Shown here piece after piece: positions 39,760 to 50,065 of a DNA stretch of 64,000 bases. The notes beneath the pieces were generated by a model, which saw nothing but the letters and a program-made list of their open reading frames with translations, searched no databases and was not told the origin of the DNA. Position 1 is the stretch's first letter, and every line of letters starts with the position of its first letter. The translations under genes were made by a program, and so were the position numbers. The stretch comes from Terriglobia bacterium (GTDB taxonomy: Bacteria; Acidobacteriota; Terriglobia; 20CM-2-55-15), in contig CAXWPJ010000006.1 of NCBI GenBank assembly GCA_963664115.2, positions 303,784 to 367,783 of the forward strand, read 5' to 3'.

Positions 39760-40191
39760 ATGAACATTCTTCGCCTAGCTCGGGTCCCCGCAATAACAAT
39801 CGAAGCCGATGCCACCGTCGTTGAGGGTATCGGATTGATGCAGCGGGAGAACGTCGGTTGCCTTTTTGTTGTCAAGAACGACCTGCTGGTGGGCGTACTT
39901 AGCGAACGGGACGTCATGCGACGCGTGGTATTTAGCAGCCGGGACCCCAAGACCACGCCCATTCGTCAAGTCATGACCATGCCAGCACGGCAACTTTCTA
40001 GACACGCAACCATCGAAGAAGCGATCCGTACGATGGCTGTGGGTCGAGTACGCCGGTTGCCGATCGTTTGCGACGGCAAGGTCGAGGGCATGGTGTCGCT
40101 CCGGTACTTGCTCCGGGAGAATATATTAGGCCTCACCGAGAGATGCGATTCCCTGATCGCACCGTACTGTGCCGACGGAATAGGGGGATGA
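39760..40191 (+). CDS. CBS-pair domain protein
   Basis: VGVLSERD, VMT, VRRLPIV and GMVS. Confidence 0.88.
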   Translation: MNILRLARVPAITIEADATVVEGIGLMQRENVGCLFVVKNDLLVGVLSERDVMRRVVFSSRDPKTTPIRQVMTMPARQLSRHATIEEAIRTMAVGRVRRLPIVCDGKVEGMVSLRYLLRENILGLTERCDSLIAPYCADGIGG

Positions 40192-40326
40192 CACCAATCC
40201 GGCCTTTATGTGGAGAGCGGTCCGCAAGGAACAGGCCATTAAGAACCATCAATTGCGGACAGGTGGAGTAGGGAAAGGCATCATGTGGGTCACACGAGCC
40301 GCGTCAGTCCCTAGGAGCTCAACACC

Positions 40327-40560
40327 ATGAAGATACCGTTTACAGCGGACCAACAAGAAGCCTTTCTCCGGCATGCGATTGAAGCCCGAGTGTTTCAGAG
40401 CGCCGAAGACGCCCTAGAGCAAGCCCTGGCGCTGTGGGAAGAGCGCGACGGCACCAGAGCGGCGTTATCGCCGTCGGCAGGGGATAGAAGGCCGTCGCAC
40501 TACCTGGGCAAGGTCACCGGATCGTGGCGGAGGTTTCAAGGCCCCGGCCGGCGCGGCTGA
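40327..40560 (+). pseudogene. ParD-like (RHH) antitoxin remnant, no toxin following
   Basis: MKIPFTADQQEAFLRHAIEARVFQSAEDALEQALALWEER resembles a ParD N-terminus; the tail runs into the duplication junction. Confidence 0.5.
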
Positions 40561-40711
40561 AAAGCTTCTCTCCGATCGCCACCTCAAGATCGCGAATCTG
40601 TGTGCTGACAGTCTGAGGCTTGAGGTACAACTTTGCGCTGGCCCGCGTGAGATTGCCTTCGTGCGCGACGGCCCAGAACAAGCGCAAGTGATGGTAGTTC
40701 AGGTTCTCCAT
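40514..40711 (-). pseudogene. nhaR: Truncated nhaR copy (HTH only, 65 aa)
   Basis: First 58 aa identical to NhaR, then ETSATIR*. Confidence 0.88.
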
Positions 40712-40762
40712 CGCTCCTTCCTTATATTCGATAATATCTGACAATATACTACAAATTATCGA
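40539..40762. repeat. 224-bp direct repeat, copy B
   Basis: Near-identical to 38560-38783. Confidence 0.92.
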
Positions 40763-40825
40763 GTAGACCGAATAAATGGATTTGGGTAAAACTTCTATTA
40801 GCACACGTCACGGAGAATCGCACGC

Positions 40826-41185
40826 ATGCATCTTGAATTCTCAGCGAAAGGCCTGAAACTGACCGACACTGCGCGAGGCCATGTCGAGCGGCGCATCCGC
40901 CTCGCTCTGGGGCGCATCTTGGTCCGGGTCGAACGTGTTCACGTGAGGCTTGTCGACGTGAACGGGCCAAAGGGTGGAGTGGACAAGACCTGCCGCATCC
41001 GCGTCCACCTCTTCGGACTCCCCACGGTTGTCGTCGAACAGGCGGACGCAGACCTCCACGCAGCTATCGATCGCGCGGCTGACCGTGTCGGCCGAACCGT
41101 GGCGAGGAAGCTCAAGCAAGCACTCACATCCATGGGCGACGGGAGAGCAAGCGAACCAACGGGGGAGGGACCATCAGCGACATGA
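40826..41185 (+). CDS. HPF/RaiA-family ribosome-associated protein (NhaR-linked type)
   Basis: HVERRIRLAL...V.V.LVDVNGPKGGVDKTCRI...DLHAAIDRAADR. Confidence 0.82.
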   Translation: MHLEFSAKGLKLTDTARGHVERRIRLALGRILVRVERVHVRLVDVNGPKGGVDKTCRIRVHLFGLPTVVVEQADADLHAAIDRAADRVGRTVARKLKQALTSMGDGRASEPTGEGPSAT

Positions 41186-41418
41186 GGCATTCAGACATTG
41201 CGGGAAAGCGGCACGCTTTCCGTGGCAAGCTGCGCAACATCTACTATCCAGGCCCGCACCACTACCTCGTCGCCACGGACCGCATCTCCCCGTTCGACGT
41301 CGTGCGGTCGCGCCTATCCCTGGCAACGGAAGCGGCCCTCACGAGACTTTCGAGCTTCAGGTTCGAGATAACCGCCGAGATCGTGGAACAGACATCGGCC
41401 AGATATACGAAGAGACGC
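41182..41418 (+). pseudogene. Internally deleted SAICAR synthase (purC-like) remnant
   Basis: RGKLRNIY..LVATDRISPFDVV matches the PurC N-terminus; EITAEIVEQTSARY matches the PurC C-terminal helix; the core is missing. Confidence 0.72.
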
Positions 41419-41458
41419 ATCGATGTCTCGTTAAATCGGGACGGGACAGGAGACTGCC

Positions 41459-41773
41459 ATGAAATGCCCAATATGCGAAACCAAAACCTTGCACAAACGC
41501 CATCGAAACGACGTACTGATCGACATCTGCGAGCGCTGTCGCGGCATATGGGTCTACCACAGTGAACTTGAAAAGCTCATCGCCCATCCCCAACAGGAGA
41601 TCGATAAGCACGAACGCTTCTACCAAGAGTCCGAAAGCGCCTACAAACCGGAGCGACCACATGCCGCTGCGCACATCCGACAAGAGGGGCAGTCCACGGC
41701 AAGCCCTAAAAAGGATAAGAAGAAGGGATTCCTCACTGTCTTCGAGATCTTCGGCTGGGGGAAGGGTCAGTAA
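41459..41773 (+). CDS. zf-TFIIB-type zinc-ribbon protein
   Basis: MKCPIC...IDICERCRGIWV..ELEKLI and a C-terminal KKKGFL..IF tail; RBS AGGAG. Confidence 0.85.
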   Translation: MKCPICETKTLHKRHRNDVLIDICERCRGIWVYHSELEKLIAHPQQEIDKHERFYQESESAYKPERPHAAAHIRQEGQSTASPKKDKKKGFLTVFEIFGWGKGQ

Positions 41774-41777
41774 GGAC

Positions 41778-42350
41778 ATGAACAGCACGACCCCACGTCT
41801 GGTGCCGGTGCACGAGCGAAGTGACGTGCCCACGATGTACCGTGACACCGCGATCGCCGATCTGCTCGTCTATCACAACTTGGGTGGTGGGCCCCACCGT
41901 CGTTACACGCAGGCCGATCTGCTCGTCGGTATGTGTATGGACCACCGCTCGCGACTCCGGATCCCTGAGAACTTCGCGTACATCATGCGGAGCGCTGGAG
42001 CCAATTTTCGTGGGCTCGACTTCCAGATGTCCTTTGCGATCACTGTCGGGCGTGTGCGGGCCATCGCCATCATCGGCCATGACCAATGCGGCATGTCCGG
42101 TCTTGCAGCTCAGCGGAGCGCTCTCGTCGAGGGTCTGGTCCATGGTGCGGGCTGGGAGAGACACATTGCCGAGCTCCACTTCGATGAGTACGCACCACGG
42201 TTCGAGATCGGCGACCCCGCGAAATTTGCCCTCGGCCAGGCGCACCACGTTCGGCAACAGTACCCGGGGCTACCGGTGGCTGCGCTGCTCTACCGCCTCG
42301 ACGAGGGGATGCTCCACATCATCGACGCAGGTGAGGAGATGAGGTCATGA
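41778..42350 (+). CDS. Beta-class carbonic anhydrase, paralog 2
   Basis: CMDHR, RSAG and GHDQC; aligns over its full length with paralog 1. Confidence 0.87.
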   Translation: MNSTTPRLVPVHERSDVPTMYRDTAIADLLVYHNLGGGPHRRYTQADLLVGMCMDHRSRLRIPENFAYIMRSAGANFRGLDFQMSFAITVGRVRAIAIIGHDQCGMSGLAAQRSALVEGLVHGAGWERHIAELHFDEYAPRFEIGDPAKFALGQAHHVRQQYPGLPVAALLYRLDEGMLHIIDAGEEMRS

Positions 42351-42676
42351 AGAATGCTCAGATCGTCGAAAGAGAAGCTCGCAATCCACCACCAGACCAC
42401 TACCTCCTCACATATCAAGTAATGCAAAACGCAAATGTACTTGACCCTTTGACTGGCCAGTTGCGAATGGATGAGGAATCACTCCGAACGCTTCATAGGG
42501 CATTGGATGAAAACGAAATCCAATTTCCACCACGCGCCAAGTGGGTTGGCTTCGAAGACTGGGAGGGAGCACCAACTTGGGAAAATGTCTTCATCTTTGT
42601 CCCCGAGAATGCCCAAAGGTACTTGGACCATGTGGTCCGCCGAGTTGCCAAATGGGAGCAAAAACTGAAGTCATAA
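42347..42676 (+). CDS. Hypothetical protein
   Basis: ATGA-coupled to the upstream gene with a GAGG RBS; no recognised family. Confidence 0.55.
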   Translation: MKNAQIVEREARNPPPDHYLLTYQVMQNANVLDPLTGQLRMDEESLRTLHRALDENEIQFPPRAKWVGFEDWEGAPTWENVFIFVPENAQRYLDHVVRRVAKWEQKLKS

Positions 42677-42893
42677 GTCGTTGTAATAATAGTTCGTTAC
42701 TGCTTCGTAATTCATGAAGCCCCGCGGGACATCGAAGGATCGGATACGGACCGGGCCAGACGATGGGATTGGCGAGACAAACCTGGTGGAATCAAGACTC
42801 GGAGGACAAGTTGAGCATCTCTTGGCACATCTTGGCGGGCGAGCAGCCTGCCCTTTGGCTTGAGCTGGAAACCGCCGCAGAAATGGGAGGCGC

Positions 42894-43886
42894 ATGGGTG
42901 ATTTCCTAAGCCTCGATGGTATTCCCCTTTGGGCCAACGGTCTGATCGCGCTCGCGACCATCGCCTTGCTCGGACTCGGCGCACACTGTGTCGTGGAGTC
43001 CGCCGTACGCATCGCCAAGCGATTAGCGGTCTCGGAACTCATCATCGGCCTTACGGTGGTGGCCCTCGGCACATCGGCGCCGGAGTTAGCGGTCACGCTA
43101 ATCGCCGCCTTCGAAGGACACGGCGATATCTCGGTCGGCAACATCGTTGGCTCCAACATCTTCAACCTCGGCTTCATCCTCGGCGGCTGTGCGCTCGTCC
43201 GTGCTATTCCAGTGGAACGCACCATGCTGCGGCGCGACGGCGCGGTTCTCGGGGGAACCTCCTTGTTGCTCATCGGGCTGATCGGATGGGATCTCCGGCT
43301 GGATCGTTACGACGGCGTCGTGCTGTTCGTCTTGCTGGGCGTCTACCTCGGCTACCTGTTCAAGCACCGTCGAGCGGGCGCAGACGACAGTCCCGAAGGA
43401 CACGAACAGGAAGGCCAGAGCGATGTCTCACTGCTGCGGGACAGCGCGCTGCTGATCGTCGGCTTGGTCTGCATCGTCGGAGGCTCCCACATTCTGGTCG
43501 AGTCCGCGACCGTAATCGCTAGGGGCTTCGGCGTGAGTGAGTGGGTCATTGGCGTGACCATCGTCGCCGCCGGGACATCTGCGCCGGAGATGGCCACCAG
43601 CCTGTCGGGCGTCATCAAAGGTCGCTACTCACTGAGCGCCGGCAATCTGGTCGGAAGTGACATATTCAACATGCTCGGGGTTCTAGGACTTGCTGGCATG
43701 CTTCGCCCGGTGGAGATCGATGTCATGGCACGCATCTCCCTCGCCGCGCTCTGCGGGATGGTGTTGGTCGTGCTGTTCTTCATGCGTACTGGCTGGCACG
43801 TGTCACGATTCGAGGGGCTCGCGCTCGTTGCGATCGCGGTGCTTCGGTGGGGCTTCGATTTCTCGCAAGGAAACAGTAACCCATGA
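42894..43886 (+). CDS. Calcium/sodium antiporter (CaCA, YrbG-like)
   Basis: Two alpha repeats: GTSAPE...GNIVGSNIFN and GTSAPE...GNLVGSDIFN. Confidence 0.92.
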   Translation: MGDFLSLDGIPLWANGLIALATIALLGLGAHCVVESAVRIAKRLAVSELIIGLTVVALGTSAPELAVTLIAAFEGHGDISVGNIVGSNIFNLGFILGGCALVRAIPVERTMLRRDGAVLGGTSLLLIGLIGWDLRLDRYDGVVLFVLLGVYLGYLFKHRRAGADDSPEGHEQEGQSDVSLLRDSALLIVGLVCIVGGSHILVESATVIARGFGVSEWVIGVTIVAAGTSAPEMATSLSGVIKGRYSLSAGNLVGSDIFNMLGVLGLAGMLRPVEIDVMARISLAALCGMVLVVLFFMRTGWHVSRFEGLALVAIAVLRWGFDFSQGNSNP

Positions 43887-43962
43887 GCGACTGGACCGAA
43901 CCAGGACTCTGTCACCAACAACTCCTGGATATTGCTTCCATGAGGAATCAGGGAGACGGGCG

Positions 43963-45675
43963 ATGACAGATCTGCCCTTCTTGGGTGAGTTCGTTATCAT
44001 CCTCGCCTCGGCCGTGGTTGCCGTCGTTCTTTTGCGACGTCTTGGAATTCCTTCCATCGCTGGATTCATTGTTGCTGGAGCCCTGGTCGGCCCAAACGCG
44101 CTGGGCCTTGTAGCGGACATTCAGAATGTAGAGATACTCGCCGAATTGGGGGTCGTGCTGTTGCTATTCGGCATCGGCCTCGAACTATCGTTGGAGCGTA
44201 TGCGCGGCCTCTGGAGCGCGATCGCGGTTGGTGGCTCCATCCAGGTTGGCGCGACCATTCTGGTGGTTGTCGGCATCTGTGCTGTGTTCGGTATTAGTAT
44301 CCGCTCAGCAGTGCTCATCGGTTGCATTATTGCGATCTCCAGCACAGCCATCGTACTGCGAGGTTTGTCGGCGCGGGGAGAGCTCGAGGCGCCGCACGGG
44401 CGACTTGCGCTCGGCATTCTCGTTTTTCAGGATCTATGCGTCGTTCCGATGGTCCTCGTCATTCCGTTGCTGGCGAACACGCAGGAAAGCGAGACGAGCC
44501 CGCTTCTGGCGCTATTGACAGCCGTGGGCGTTATCTCTGGAGTGTTGGCGGTGGCCAAGTGGGTGGTCCCCCGCCTATTCGATGTCGTCGCGGCCACGCG
44601 ACAGCGTGACCTGTTCGTCCTCTCCGTCTTCCTGGTTGGTCTAGGGATTGCTTGGGCAGTTTCGCGCGCCGGTGTCTCGCTCGCCTTGGGCGCGTTCCTC
44701 GCAGGATTGGTGGTTGCGAGCGGTAAGTACAGACAGCAGGCGTTCTCCGACCTTCTGCCATTGCGTGAGGTGCTTGCCAGCACTTTTTTCGTCTCCATAG
44801 GCATGCTTCTCGATGTGCGGACTGTGATCCAGAACGCGATCCCCATTCTTGGTCTTTTTCTGGCCATCGTTCTCGGCAAGTTCGCAATTATCTTCCTTAC
44901 CGCCAAGCTCATGAAGCTGCCATTGCGAGTGTGTATCCTAGCCGGTGCCGCCCTCTGTCAGGTGGGCGAGTTCTCGTTTGTCTTGCTCCGTGCAGCTGAT
45001 GGCAGCGGACTGCTTGACCCATTATTTTCTGAATACCTCACGGTGGCTGTAATCCTGTCCATGCTCGGTACGCCGTTCGCACTCTCTCTCGGGCCTCGTT
45101 TGGCCAGCGGCATTGGAAAAGTGAGTTTGGTGAACCGGCTGTTTCGCATTCGTATGGCAGTCGACCTACATGCGGACGAGTCGCTCAGGCATCATGTCAT
45201 CATTGCAGGATACGGCCTGACAGGTCAGTCGATTGCCCGATCACTCGAGGTGCGTGACATTCCTTTCATCATCGTCGATCTCAATATCGACAACGTCAAC
45301 AGCGCAACGCCACAGGCGGCATCGGCCTACTTCGGAGACGTGACGAGCGTAGAGGTCCTGGAGCATGTCGGCGCGCCACGCGCCAGGATGATCGTTCTTT
45401 CGATAAATGACCACGACGCCACAATCCGTGCGATCGCGGCATGCCGTAGTGTTGCACCTGGGCTCCGCATTGTTGCTCGGACCCGTTTCGCTGCTGATGT
45501 TGGTCTCCTGAAAAAAGCAGGAGCAACACACGTCATTGACGTTGAAACTGCGGCCGCTGGCGAGGTCGCCGGTTGTGTCGTGGAACACCTGGGTTCTGAC
45601 GGTGCCACGGAGGACCTGCGTGGTCAAGCGATTCGCGTTTCTGGAGACGGAAATACGGGGCGGAATGATGAGTAG
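43963..45675 (+). CDS. CPA2 (KefB/KefC-like) cation:proton antiporter with TrkA-N domain
   Basis: [39 protein letters not shown] and IAGYGLTG...FGD. Confidence 0.92.
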   Translation: MTDLPFLGEFVIILASAVVAVVLLRRLGIPSIAGFIVAGALVGPNALGLVADIQNVEILAELGVVLLLFGIGLELSLERMRGLWSAIAVGGSIQVGATILVVVGICAVFGISIRSAVLIGCIIAISSTAIVLRGLSARGELEAPHGRLALGILVFQDLCVVPMVLVIPLLANTQESETSPLLALLTAVGVISGVLAVAKWVVPRLFDVVAATRQRDLFVLSVFLVGLGIAWAVSRAGVSLALGAFLAGLVVASGKYRQQAFSDLLPLREVLASTFFVSIGMLLDVRTVIQNAIPILGLFLAIVLGKFAIIFLTAKLMKLPLRVCILAGAALCQVGEFSFVLLRAADGSGLLDPLFSEYLTVAVILSMLGTPFALSLGPRLASGIGKVSLVNRLFRIRMAVDLHADESLRHHVIIAGYGLTGQSIARSLEVRDIPFIIVDLNIDNVNSATPQAASAYFGDVTSVEVLEHVGAPRARMIVLSINDHDATIRAIAACRSVAPGLRIVARTRFAADVGLLKKAGATHVIDVETAAAGEVAGCVVEHLGSDGATEDLRGQAIRVSGDGNTGRNDE

Positions 45676-47164
45676 GAAAGACAACGGTCCCGAGAGTTTG
45701 CCGCCCGAAGCGTCCCCCCAAGCCCGCCGCCTTGCGCTCAAACTCTCACGTCCGGTGGAGAAGTTTCTCCATGTGACGGCCGCGAGTGGGATCCTCCTTC
45801 TGGTCATGGCAGTGATCGCCCTTGTCTGGGCAAACTCTCCGTGGGCGTCAACCTACGAGCACCTGCTGCACACTTCCATCTCCTTGGGATTCGGCGAACA
45901 CGTCTTCACGCGAACCGTCCATTTCTGGATCAATGAGATCCTCATGGTGGTCTTCTTCTTTGTCGTGGGTTTGGAGGTTCGGCGAGAGCTGTTCGAAGGT
46001 GAGCTTTCCACGCTCCGGCGTGCTGCGTTGCCCGTAGCCGCAGCGTTCGGGGGGATGCTCGTACCGGCGGCGATCTACATCTCGCTCAATGCCGAGTCTC
46101 CTTCTGTCAGCGGTTGGGGAGTACCAATGGCCACCGACATCGCTTTCGCCGTCGGTGTGCTCGCGTTGCTCGGCCGACGAGTTCCGGTGTCGTTACGTGT
46201 GTTGCTCCTCGCTTTGGCGATCATCGACGACATTGGAGCCATCCTCATCATCGCGCTGTTCTATTCCAACGGAGTCGCGGTGAGTGGTCTCGCGATCGTT
46301 GCGCTTGGGGTCGTGACAGTCGTTGTCATGCAGCGATTCGGTCTGCGGAATCCGTTCATCTATGTTGCACCGGGCATCATGGTTTGGAGCGGAATGCTAC
46401 ACGCCGGAATCCACCCGACGATTGCGGGCGTGATCCTTGGGCTACTCACACCCGTGCGAGCTTGGTTCGGCCATGACGGCTTCCTTGCGGAAACGGAGAA
46501 TTCGCTGGAGAGTTTGCGCAAGAAGGTCGCTTCGGAGAAGGACCCACGCAAGCTCCTACCTGAACTCGCACGAACCAACGTCGCACGCCGTGAAGCGATC
46601 TCGCCGGTAATCCGTATTGAAGCCGCGCTTCATCCGTGGGTCGCCTTCGGGATCATGCCGCTGTTTGCTCTAGCAAACGCAGGCGTTGCCCTTGGCGGCC
46701 TCGGCGAGGGTTTGTCCGAGTCGATGGATGTCATGCTGGGAGTTGGCCTGGGTTTGGTTGTCGGTAAGCCGCTCGGGGTCGTCGCCTTCAGTTGGCTGGC
46801 CGTTCGTCTCGGTCTCGCGTCGTTGCCGCGCGGTGTTTCATGGAGCGGTGTACTCGTTGTTGGCTGTGTCGCCGGCATTGGCTTCACGATGGCGCTGTTC
46901 ATCGGCGCGCTGGCGTTTTCCGATACTTCAACGTTGGCCGTCGCTAAACTTACCGTGCTGGCCGCTTCTATGGTTGCAGGGGCGGTCGGACTTGTCGTGG
47001 GCTACAAATTTCTGCCGCGCGGCCCTTCGAGCGATGTCGGAAGTCGCGCACAGAGGTCTGCGCTCCAGTTCGAAAAAGCGAACACTTTCTTGACAGGCAA
47101 ACCGAGTCGGGATCGACACGGGCTATCTCGTGTTCCCGCCTCTTTCAATGAGGTTCTAAGATGA
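45665..47164 (+). CDS. nhaA: Na+/H+ antiporter NhaA
   Basis: [35 protein letters not shown] and [10 protein letters not shown]. Confidence 0.95.
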   Translation: MMSRKDNGPESLPPEASPQARRLALKLSRPVEKFLHVTAASGILLLVMAVIALVWANSPWASTYEHLLHTSISLGFGEHVFTRTVHFWINEILMVVFFFVVGLEVRRELFEGELSTLRRAALPVAAAFGGMLVPAAIYISLNAESPSVSGWGVPMATDIAFAVGVLALLGRRVPVSLRVLLLALAIIDDIGAILIIALFYSNGVAVSGLAIVALGVVTVVVMQRFGLRNPFIYVAPGIMVWSGMLHAGIHPTIAGVILGLLTPVRAWFGHDGFLAETENSLESLRKKVASEKDPRKLLPELARTNVARREAISPVIRIEAALHPWVAFGIMPLFALANAGVALGGLGEGLSESMDVMLGVGLGLVVGKPLGVVAFSWLAVRLGLASLPRGVSWSGVLVVGCVAGIGFTMALFIGALAFSDTSTLAVAKLTVLAASMVAGAVGLVVGYKFLPRGPSSDVGSRAQRSALQFEKANTFLTGKPSRDRHGLSRVPASFNEVLR

Positions 47165-48180
47165 AAATCAGAGTGCTTGATAACGACATCGAGCTCCCAG
47201 ACTTTGACCCGAAAAAATTCGGGGCGAGGCCGGTTCTGATCATTGCCGCGGTTGTTTTCGGGTTGGCGATGGTCTGGAGCGCCGTGTATCAGATTGCGCC
47301 CGAAGAGGCCGGAGTCGTGCTCCGTCTGGGGCGCTTTGTCCGGACGACGGATCCCGGACTCCGCTTCAAGATCCCATTTCTCGAACAGGTTCAGAAAGTG
47401 CCGGTCCAGCGGCAGCTCAAGCAGGAGTTCGGCTTCCGGACTGTTACCGCGGGAGTTCAGAGTAATTTCACGACCGTCGGCTTGAACGACGAGTCGTTGA
47501 TGTTGACGGGTGACTTGAACGTGGCCGTCGTGGAGTGGATCGTCCAGTACCGTGTGGCCGACGTCTACGACTACCTGTTTAAAGTGCGCAATGTCGAGGA
47601 AACATTCCGTGACATGAATGAAGCCGTCATGCGAGAGGTCGTCGGTGATCGTACGGTTACCGAGGTTCTCACGATCGGAAGGCAGGACATCGAGGTCACT
47701 GCGCAAGTCCGGCTGCAGAGGCTGAGCGATCAGTATGAGAACGGAATCCGGATCGAGCAGGTTGTGTTGCAGGACGTCAATCCGCCGGACCCGGTGAAAC
47801 CTTCCTGGGACGAGGTGAACCAGGCACAGCAGCAACGGGACCAGTTGATCAACGAAGCGCTGACCGACTACAACAGCGTCATCCCCAGAGCCCGGGGTGA
47901 AGCCGAGCAGGCGATTCTTCAGGCGGAAGGGTACGCGGTGAACCGCGTCAATCGTGCAGAGGGTGATGCCGCCCGCTTTATAGCCGTCTATGACGAGTAT
48001 CGCCAGGCTCCTGAAGTGACTCGCCGACGGATGTACCTGGAAACAATGTCGTCCATGATGGCCCGTGTTCCCGGCAAGGTGATCCTCGACAGCAACGCCC
48101 AGGGCATTCTTCCGTTGCTTCCCCTCGATGGAATTACTAACCGGCTCGCCAGCAACTCTCTGAATCAAGGAGGCAACTGA
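47161..48180 (+). CDS. hflK: FtsH modulator HflK (SPFH)
   Basis: [22 protein letters not shown] and [13 protein letters not shown]. Confidence 0.92.
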   Translation: MKIRVLDNDIELPDFDPKKFGARPVLIIAAVVFGLAMVWSAVYQIAPEEAGVVLRLGRFVRTTDPGLRFKIPFLEQVQKVPVQRQLKQEFGFRTVTAGVQSNFTTVGLNDESLMLTGDLNVAVVEWIVQYRVADVYDYLFKVRNVEETFRDMNEAVMREVVGDRTVTEVLTIGRQDIEVTAQVRLQRLSDQYENGIRIEQVVLQDVNPPDPVKPSWDEVNQAQQQRDQLINEALTDYNSVIPRARGEAEQAILQAEGYAVNRVNRAEGDAARFIAVYDEYRQAPEVTRRRMYLETMSSMMARVPGKVILDSNAQGILPLLPLDGITNRLASNSLNQGGN

Positions 48181-49118
48181 TGAAAGGCATGGCCAAAGCT
48201 CCACTATTGATATCGGCCGGTATCGTTGGATTGATTCTCCTCGGCAGTGGACTCTTTGTCGTGGACGAAACCCAGCAGGTGATCATCACGCAATTCGGCG
48301 ACCCCGTCGGCGAAGCGATCACGACCCCGGGTCTCAAGTTCAAAATACCCTTTATCCAGATGGCCAATTATTTCGACAATCGTTTTCTGGAATGGGACGG
48401 TGAACCGAATCAGGTGCCGACCCGCGACAAGCGGTTCATCTGGGTGGATGCCTATGCACGCTGGAGGATCAGTGACCCCCTGATGTATCTGGAAAGACTC
48501 CGCGGGGATGAGAATACGGCCCAGTCGCGCCTGGACGATATTCTGGACGGCGAGACGCGCAACGCTATTGCCCGCAACGATCTGCTCCAGGTGGTTCGGA
48601 CCAGCAACCGGCAACCCGAGACGGTCGAAGGCGATCAAGAGGAAACCGGAATCCTCGACGAAATCACGACCGGCAGGGCGGACATCTCGGCGGGTATTCG
48701 AGAGACGGCTGCGCCACGGTTGGCCGAACTCGGGCTCGAACTCGTCGATTTTCAGATCAAGCGGATCAATTACGTGGCAGAAGTGCAACAGGATGTATTC
48801 GCGCGAATGATCGCTGAGCGGCAACGAATTGCGCAACAGTACCGTTCAGAAGGTGAAGGAGAAGCAGCGCGCATCCGGGGCGAGAGGGAACGCGACCTCC
48901 AGGCTATCCAGTCGGAAGCCTACCGGCAGGCCGAGGAAGCTCGAGGCGTGGCTGACGCTGACGCCTCGCGCATTTACGCGGATGCCTACAGCCGGGATGG
49001 TGGGTTCTATGAATTCACCAAGAGCATGGAGACCTTCGAGACCGCGATCGATCCCAATACGCTCATGATTCTGACGACGGATAATGCGCTGTTCAAGTAT
49101 CTCAACCAGCCGCAATAA
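48180..49118 (+). CDS. hflC: FtsH modulator HflC (SPFH)
   Basis: ITQFG, PGLKFKIPF, TRDK, RMIAER.RIA..YRSEG and FYEF. Confidence 0.92.
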   Translation: MKGMAKAPLLISAGIVGLILLGSGLFVVDETQQVIITQFGDPVGEAITTPGLKFKIPFIQMANYFDNRFLEWDGEPNQVPTRDKRFIWVDAYARWRISDPLMYLERLRGDENTAQSRLDDILDGETRNAIARNDLLQVVRTSNRQPETVEGDQEETGILDEITTGRADISAGIRETAAPRLAELGLELVDFQIKRINYVAEVQQDVFARMIAERQRIAQQYRSEGEGEAARIRGERERDLQAIQSEAYRQAEEARGVADADASRIYADAYSRDGGFYEFTKSMETFETAIDPNTLMILTTDNALFKYLNQPQ

Positions 49119-49487
49119 GTCGTCGGGTTGGGTTCTGAGTGTGCGGAGGTCTTCTATGGATTAGTTCTAAATCGGCGATTGCCGAAGAGATTGATGTGTC
49201 GAAAGGAGGCGTGGCCGATTCTGGCGGCAGGTGGATCGTGCCCAAAGACAAGCAGATCCATATCATCTGCGGGAAAGTCGTCAACTCACGATTTCATGTA
49301 CTTCACGCCAACCAGCGCATCCTGGGGAGAACCACGCCTTGCTGCGTTGCCAAGATGCTCCAGGTTGGGGAGTTGCTAGTGTCCTTGGCAAACTCATCAT
49401 GGCAGCGTATTGATAGCGACTTCACGACCGAGCTTTGTGGAGAAAGAGACTTTGGGGCGGTAAGTGAGTGTTTGTAGATTCATGTGA

Positions 49488-49928
49488 GTGACATACGTAA
49501 ATGACTCAAGAGGAAGGCAAGTGATGGAGACTGTCGAGGTAAGACGAAAACGCGCGATTGTCCTGTTGCGAAATCGATTCGTTGAAGTGGTTCTCGATGG
49601 TGATGATTATGTCAAGGTTGGTAAGAAAGAGTACCGCGTTCATAAGGACAAGTTGGTCACACTGATGGAGTCGGGCAGACTGGCACCCGACACCATTTTG
49701 CGAATTTCCCGCGAATCTGTGGAACGTCTTGCCTCGGATGTGCTCAATGAACTCGACTCGCGGCTAGAGATTTTCGCGATCATCCCGATAGGGAAGAAAC
49801 CCGGGATCTGGGCTGTCGACTTTGTTGACGAAGAGGGGGGTCATCTAGAGGTTGCGATTGGTCACAACATTGTCGGGATGGACGATCCAGCGATCAGAGC
49901 GCATATTAAGGCGAAGTTGGATCGATGA
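49488..49928 (+). CDS. Hypothetical protein
   Basis: 146-aa ORF with protein-like composition; the start may be ATG 49523. Confidence 0.55.
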   Translation: MTYVNDSRGRQVMETVEVRRKRAIVLLRNRFVEVVLDGDDYVKVGKKEYRVHKDKLVTLMESGRLAPDTILRISRESVERLASDVLNELDSRLEIFAIIPIGKKPGIWAVDFVDEEGGHLEVAIGHNIVGMDDPAIRAHIKAKLDR

Positions 49929-50065
49929 TTACAAACGCTACGGTTCCGCCGCACGGGGATCCTCTCTATGATGAAGCCGGGCGTTGCCTGAACAACCTGT
50001 GACCGTTTGGCACCAGGCCGCCATTCGGACGTTAAGTTGACAATGCCCTATATCTTGATGAAGTG

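Noticed and set aside
41562-41777. N-terminal extensions given by the ORF track for CA2 (and similarly for CPA2 at 43690, NhaA at 45536 and the TonB receptor at 50208)
   Set aside because: They overlap upstream genes; downstream starts fit the homologous domain boundaries better, and most have RBS-like sequences.
42677-42893. yybP-ykoY or nhaA-type riboswitch before the CaCA antiporter
   Set aside because: Only TTGGCGAGAC matches; the 5' GGGGAGTAG element and stems are missing.
47002-48204. 400-aa antisense ORF over hflK
   Set aside because: Shadow of a well-supported gene.
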